Shown piece after piece: positions 58,401 to 64,000 of a DNA stretch of 64,000 nucleotides; position 1 is the first letter of the stretch, and each line of letters starts with the position of its first letter. Under the pieces are notes generated by a model, which did no database searches, was not told where the DNA came from, and saw only the letters and a list, made by a program, of their open reading frames with translations. The stretch is taken from positions 96,001 through 160,000 of IMG/VR virus record IMGVR_UViG_3300021399_000004. One strand, 5' to 3'. The stretch comes from a virus. The translations under genes were made by a program, and so were the position numbers.

Positions 58401-60260
58401 AATGAACCATTACATAATGCTAAAGAACAACTAGCTATGCTACGCGAAGTATTTGGTGATGCATTAGTAGATTAGTATACTACTTATGATTCTTCTGGCA
58501 AGAAGATTACAAGTGATGAAGAGCGTGTACGCGCTTTCTTTGACATGGCTGATGGATTAAAAACTGAAGTAACTACTTTATAGGATACTTTAGAAGAAAC
58601 CGAAAATGGTATTTTAGAGAATCAACAAAAATTATCTGAAATTCTTTAGAAATATGTAGATAACTAGTTGGCGGTGGAATAGGAGCTTACTGAGGCTATT
58701 GAATCACGTGAATAGGCTGCAATTGATGAAGCATAGAAAGAACGTGATGCATTTAGTAAGCAATAGACAGCATTAATTGATGGTTTAAGTGCATAGTTAG
58801 ATAAAGAGCGTAAAATGTATGAACGGCAACAAGCCGGAGAAGATTTAAATAAAATGCGGCGTTAGCTAGCTATTTTATAGAGATCTGGCGGCTCTCAATC
58901 TCAAATTCGTTCTTTGCAAGATCAAATCAATTCTGCTTCTTAGGAAGCATATTTTACTGCACAGCAAGATCAAATTGATGCAATTAAAGAAGCCTCTGAT
59001 TTATAGTTAGAGCGTATGGATACTCAAATTGAATTAATGACAGAAACATTGGAATATTAGAAAGAAAATGGATTATTCTGGCCCGAAGTTACTTAGATTA
59101 TGCAGCAAAGTCCAGAAGAAATTATGAATTTTATTTAGACTTATAAGCCTAATTATCGTAGTGATTCTGAGTTGCAAATTGAAGAGAATTTACGTCAATT
59201 AAGGAATATTGTAGAGCAATGGACAACAAGGAGAGATGACCCGAATGCTCTTGACGTTAATGGCAATATTACTGAAACTCCAAATGACGTCTATTCAATG
59301 TATAGTAACTGGTATACAAATACAGCATATCGTCAATTTAGTACCGCATTGTTCTCTGAGAATTATGCTGAACGAGATAAATTAAATTAGGATGCTATTA
59401 ATGCATTCTACGAAACTTGGAATAGAACAGGCGATTTACGGTCTGCACAAGACGCGGCTGCCGCGGTATTCTAGTCACATGAGGATAGATTGAGTGAGAG
59501 CGATAGGAATAATCATGCATGGTAGATTGAGTAGAGGAATAATCCTCCTGGTGGCGGAAGCAGTGGAAGCAGTGACTCTGGAGCTTCAGATAACAATGCA
59601 ACTCTCAAGGTAATCGTATATGTAGATGGAGAAATAGAGTCAAGAAAAGCATATGTATATGCTGAACCTTTTATTGTCATGCCAAGGTTCTTCGGGATGC
59701 CTCGTGAAGGGTATGATGTTAGTATTACTCCATCAGAAGGCTTTACAATTTTACCTGGAGAGACAAAACAACTTACAGTTAAGTATACTAAAAATGCAAC
59801 AACTTCTTATTCGACTGTTACAGAAACACCGCCTACGGATGAGTTAACTCCTCATACATTCCAGGGGCAAAAAGATAACACCATTGCATCAAAAGGAATA
59901 GGATATACTGCAACATAGAGTTATGCTAGTGGTAATAGTGATTATAGAACTCGATTAAATAATTTACTAAATCGTCTCAATTCTTCTTCAACATCGTTCG
60001 CACCAGACTTAAATAATTTAACAACAGGTATTGTTATGCAATCTTTCCTCAACTCTTTAGCGTCTTTAGATAATTTTTCTACTTCAATGGAAGTTTTGCG
60101 ACAATTGCAACAAGAGGCTGGTAATTAGGTCACTAATATAGTGAACGTAAATAATCCTGTTATCAGAGATGAAGATGATATATAGAAAATTTCTGATACT
60201 ATTGAATAGAAATTATTATCAATAGCTAAGAAAACTGGAGCTTACATGAACGTGCGTTAA
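43434..60260 (+). CDS. tail tape measure protein, 5,608 codons, about 179 in-frame TAG
   Basis: I read every codon of this frame by hand from ATG 43434 (after GGAGATGAGGGG) to TAA 60258-60260. There is no TAA or TGA, and the only interruptions are TAG, including a TAG-TAG-TAG run at about 49566-49574. The 16 in-frame ORF-track fragments from 44931.. to 59679.. all share the frame. A TP901-type TMP core-like segment is present (NSIAIVTNMTTADLW..LKLAKISGLDYATTTDYMTTALRGFKM..AVNQQELAEAMTRTASS..NIGSALKSIASRYGEL). A C-terminal GPELYVSGGRYHIAGQNGAEFVDLPDDAIVFNH motif and a Gly10 run are also present. Confidence 0.8.
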
Positions 60261-60273
60261 AGGAGGAGTTAAG

Positions 60274-61929
60274 ATGGCTATGAATACATTAATAGGGCAA
60301 GAAATTCCCTAGACCGGACCTAAACGAACTTAGGTCTGGCAAGCGACTCATTATGAGGGAGGCAATCGCCTCCCTCTAATGAACCGCTCTTTTATTAGTT
60401 TTAATTATGATAATCATTGGTGTGAAGATATGGGAGTAATCGCTACAATAGATGGAGATATGATGTCAAAATCTATTTACGGCAATTTTAATGATGTTGT
60501 AAGCGATTTAGAAGGAGTCGATGGCCAATTATATTGGAGCACGCATTTTACTAATAATACTTTATCTTTTACATTATCTACTGACGCCGTGACTGAGCGC
60601 CAATTGGATGAAATTAAAAGGTGGTTAAAACCGGGAAAGATTGCCCCTTTAGTACTTGCAGAGAATCCTAATCGAGAAATTTTAGCTCGTATTAGTGATA
60701 ATCCTCCTGAATATAATATGTTGCCTTTTGAACAAAAAGAAAAAATTAAGCTTGGCGGATATGAATATACAACAAGCACAACGGTATATCGGGGAAGCTT
60801 TTCGGTGACTTTTATAATGGATGAACCGTTCTGGCATGCTAAAAAAAATATTCTAGATATGGATAAGATTTTATATTGGAATAACGCTAATGATAATAGA
60901 AGTGAAATTATTAAAGATAAGGATGCATTAAAAATTATTTTAGAAGATGGTATCCCATTTGGCTCTGTTATGTTAGAGAATGAAAATATGTTATATGGCG
61001 TTCCAAAGAAATATAAAGAAGCATCGAATGATCCGGGCACTCTTCCAATTGTCGGAAAAGCAAAGGTCGGCTTAGCGAAGTTAGGCAGCTGGTTCCATTC
61101 CTATGACAATATAGAAAATTTCAAATTTTTAGGCGGGGAAAGCCAAGCTCAATATTTTTATTATCCTGGAACTGCGCCTTCCGCGCCGACTCTTAAATTT
61201 AAACTAACTCCAGTTTTTGATTTAAATGGTTATATTACAATGCCAAATAATTCTTATTCTAGCCTTAATAATAAAGGATATAATACAATCACAATTGAAG
61301 GGTATAATAAAAAAGAATTGCATTTAACAACGCCGACAGTTTATACTGCTTATAATTAGGCTATTGCTATTGTGAAGTAGGCTGTTGAAGGGCAAAGTAA
61401 TATTAATAATAAAATTAAAATTGATGCTGGCGAATTACGTTAGCTATTAAGAGATGGCGTTAATCATTGGGCTGTACGAAGTTATGCAATTGCAACTTTT
61501 GATAGAATAAAAAGTACGGCTCAAGAGGGTGAAGATTGGTTATCTTCATTAATCGGAGAAATGAAGGGATTCTTTACAGATGACTCAAATGAATTGACTT
61601 CTGCATCTTTTGTCATTAATTGTGAGACTGGAGAAGCTCTTGGCACTTTTAAATATCGAGTATATAATGCGGCTTCTACTAAGAGTAATAAATTTGAGAT
61701 TACAGAGCATACCGAGCAAGTTGGAGATATGATCTTATCTAATAATTTTATTATTGAGGAACGTAATTACTTCTCAGAAGATGGCTTTATTCGCGCGTGG
61801 AGTAATGAGCATAAAAATTACAGCCATCGTATTTATCATGATTTTGGAGTTATGTCTAATGGAGAATTAGTAGAATCAGAAATGGGGCTGCAAGATTTCT
61901 TAATTGAGTATAGATATTATTACTATTAA
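60274..61929 (+). CDS. distal tail protein (Dit-like, Sipho_tail type), 5 in-frame TAG
   Basis: AAAGGAGG lies upstream of ATG 60274. One frame joins 60379..61359 and 61561..61929. SFISFNYDNHWCEDMGVIATIDG is typical of Dit N-termini. The alternative start is ATG 60379. Confidence 0.6.
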
Positions 61930-61948
61930 GAAAAAGGAGATGAAAGGA

Positions 61949-64000
61949 ATGAATATAGAGGAAAGAAAATATGAATTGTCTGTATGGACAATTTAGGATG
62001 AATACATTGTTACTTTGACTAAAGGGGCTGGTCAGGTACAAAAGGCAGAATTTAAGAATAATGTTGATGGTACTATGAGCCTTAATTTTGAGATTCCTAT
62101 GTATATTAGGAGAAATGGAGAACGAATTGAAAACCCCATTTGGTGCAATACAATTAATGGTGTAATAATGGCAGACCTCAAAAAGATTAAATTAATTTTT
62201 AATAAACATACTGACGATGAAGCAATCTATGAATTTATTATTACAAAAGTAACTGAATCACATGAAAAGGATATTTTAACCTGCAAAGTTGAATGTGAAG
62301 GATTAGCTTTCCATGAGTTAGGTAAGCGAGGATATAAAATTTCTTTAACAACAGATGATTATATTAATGATGTAAATGATTGGTTTCATAATGTACCAAA
62401 AGAAGAATAGACAATTTTATTAGCCAATCCTGACGCCGATTCTGTTACATTAACTTTTTCTTCTTTAGTTGCTAGTAAAAGATATTATAGCGTTGGGCAG
62501 TCTCCTACAACTGGGTAGGTTATTGATCCAGAACCAGTAGATGGTGAAACTTATCATCGTATTATAAAATTAACTGATTTGAAACCGGGCACTCAAATTA
62601 ATATTAACAGTGAAGATGGCACACTTGCTCGGCCATGGATTTTAATAGATCAAACTGATAATAGCATGATTACTTGCGCGCAAAGCAAACGCGCATATAA
62701 TGAGACAATAGTAGTTCCTAGTGAATATGTTGTTAATAATATTAAGAAAATAATTACAAAAGCAATTTTAATTGTTTAGTTTAGAGAAAATGTTGGCGGC
62801 ATGACAATAAATGATGCTTTTGTTACAAAAATGATTAATCAGAGCTATGGGCCACTTCCGCAGGCAAATATTGAATACTGGTTAAATAAATTTTTATCTC
62901 CATATCCAAGTTATGGTGTTAATTTATTATAGCCTAATGTATCTTATGATAACATAACGGCTGGGATGAGTGTGCCAATCAATCCAAGAAAATGGTACTA
63001 TACAATAAGAATGAATTGGGGCGGATTTTCAGAATATACTGTTAGATAGCCTAATAAAATTTATGAAGAAGAATATGTTGGCTCATGGGAATACGACAGT
63101 GAGAATGAAGCAATTTATGCTAATGCAATGGTCGATAAGCAAGAAAAATATCGTTTAGTTGATCTACAAGAAAGCAATATTTATAACCTAACGCAAGACC
63201 TTGCAAAAACTTTTGGCGTGTTTTGCCGCTATGAATATTTATATGATTAGCAATATCATATTATTGGGCGCTTAATTGTATTTTATAATAGTTTTTTTGA
63301 AGAACAGAATGGTTATTTAGATATAACTTATCCATATTCTACAGATACAATTACTCGTGAAATGGACGGCAGCGAAATAACTACTAAATTATTTGTAAAG
63401 CCAGTAAGTTTAGAAGAAAATGAAGAAGTAGATATAATGAATTTAGATACTAATAAAACTTTAGAAGATTATATTCTTAACTTTAATTATTTAAAAACAA
63501 TTGATTCGCTTACGGAAGAATAGAGACAAGGCATAGATAATTTTGAAGTTTAGATGAGACAATTGAATAAAGAAATTATTAAATATAGTGAAATGGAAAT
63601 TAGCTTTAATGAGCCATTGGTTGATCTTGAAGCAAAACGAACAATAATTGAAAATTCTATCAATGAGAATACAAAAGCATTAGAAGAAATAGCACGTTCG
63701 CGCGCGGCATTAACATAGACAGGATACTTAACTGTTGGTTATGGTTTTGTCCTTTCTGAAGAAGATGACCCCCATTTTGCAGAACGCGGTAAATCTAACA
63801 AAATGCCTGAATTAACAATTATTACTGCAATGGAAGGGCAAGCAGAATTTGATGATTCGGCCTTTTAGGATGATGCAGTTGTTAGGTTTTCTTCGTCCTC
63901 AGTTACTGGGAAAAAAGAATATTATTCAGTTGGCGAAAGCCCAGTGGCTGGTCAAGAGATTACTAATGTTACACAAGATGCAGATCATACTCATTATATT
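61949..64000 (+). CDS. tail-associated (Tal / prophage tail endopeptidase-like) protein, 5' part, at least 15 in-frame TAG
   Basis: ATG 61949 follows AAAGGAGATGAAAGG. The hand-checked frame joins 62015..62410 and 62579..62779 and runs open to the window end. YELSVWT...DGTMSLNFEIPMY is a Tal-like N-terminus. Confidence 0.6.

Noticed and set aside
43434-60260. The fragmented ORFs in the tail region could be a decayed pseudogene or many small genes.
   Set aside because: All fragments are in one frame. In 5,608 codons read by hand there is not a single TAA, TGA or frameshift, only TAG. The same pattern holds for TerL, portal and the other genes, so recoding is the simpler explanation.
62440-64000. 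The repeated segment in Tal could be a diversity-generating retroelement target/template pair.
   Set aside because: No reverse transcriptase is nearby. The two copies differ at all base types rather than at adenines specifically, and both copies are in-frame coding parts of the same protein.

Overview
The window reads as part of a tailed-phage (siphovirus-like) genome with Firmicutes-type expression signals: TTGACA-N17-TATAAT promoters, often with an extended TG, GGAGG Shine-Dalgarno sites, and Dit/Tal tail genes. No database search was possible, so all calls come from hand translation and motif reading. Main points follow. (1) TAG is a sense codon, most likely Gln, in the rightward structural module (29.1-64 kb: regulator, TerL, portal, scaffold, capsid, tail). 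It is also a sense codon in a helicase gene (4.4-5.8 kb) and in small leftward genes at 0.3-2.2 kb. Reading through TAG fuses dozens of ORF-track fragments into normal phage genes, including one 5,608-codon tape measure gene (43434-60260) with about 179 in-frame TAGs. (2) Between 6.2 and 28.8 kb lie about 43 small genes that contain no TAG at all, either as sense or as stop. Most are single-gene cassettes on the minus strand, built as palindrome, promoter, 5' hairpin, RBS, ORF, GC hairpin terminator. (3) A 20-bp palindrome, TTAGATGTT-NN-AACATCTAA, occurs 38 times. Its distance to the adjacent -35 box takes only the values ~8, ~18, ~29 and ~38 bp, which is helical phasing. (4) At least 10 cassette leaders share a stem-loop with a covarying stem and an invariant AAGGAAAA loop. 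(5) Many stop codons sit inside the loop of the gene's own terminator hairpin. (6) Three unusual non-coding regions are present: 3.7-4.3 kb (G-quadruplex motif, nested inverted repeats), 5.9-6.07 kb (tandem direct repeats) and 24.0-27.1 kb (about 80% AT, orphan promoter cassettes, iteron-like AAATGAAAT motifs, an alternating pyrimidine/purine microsatellite). No tRNA, rRNA, CRISPR array, integrase or transposase was recognised.
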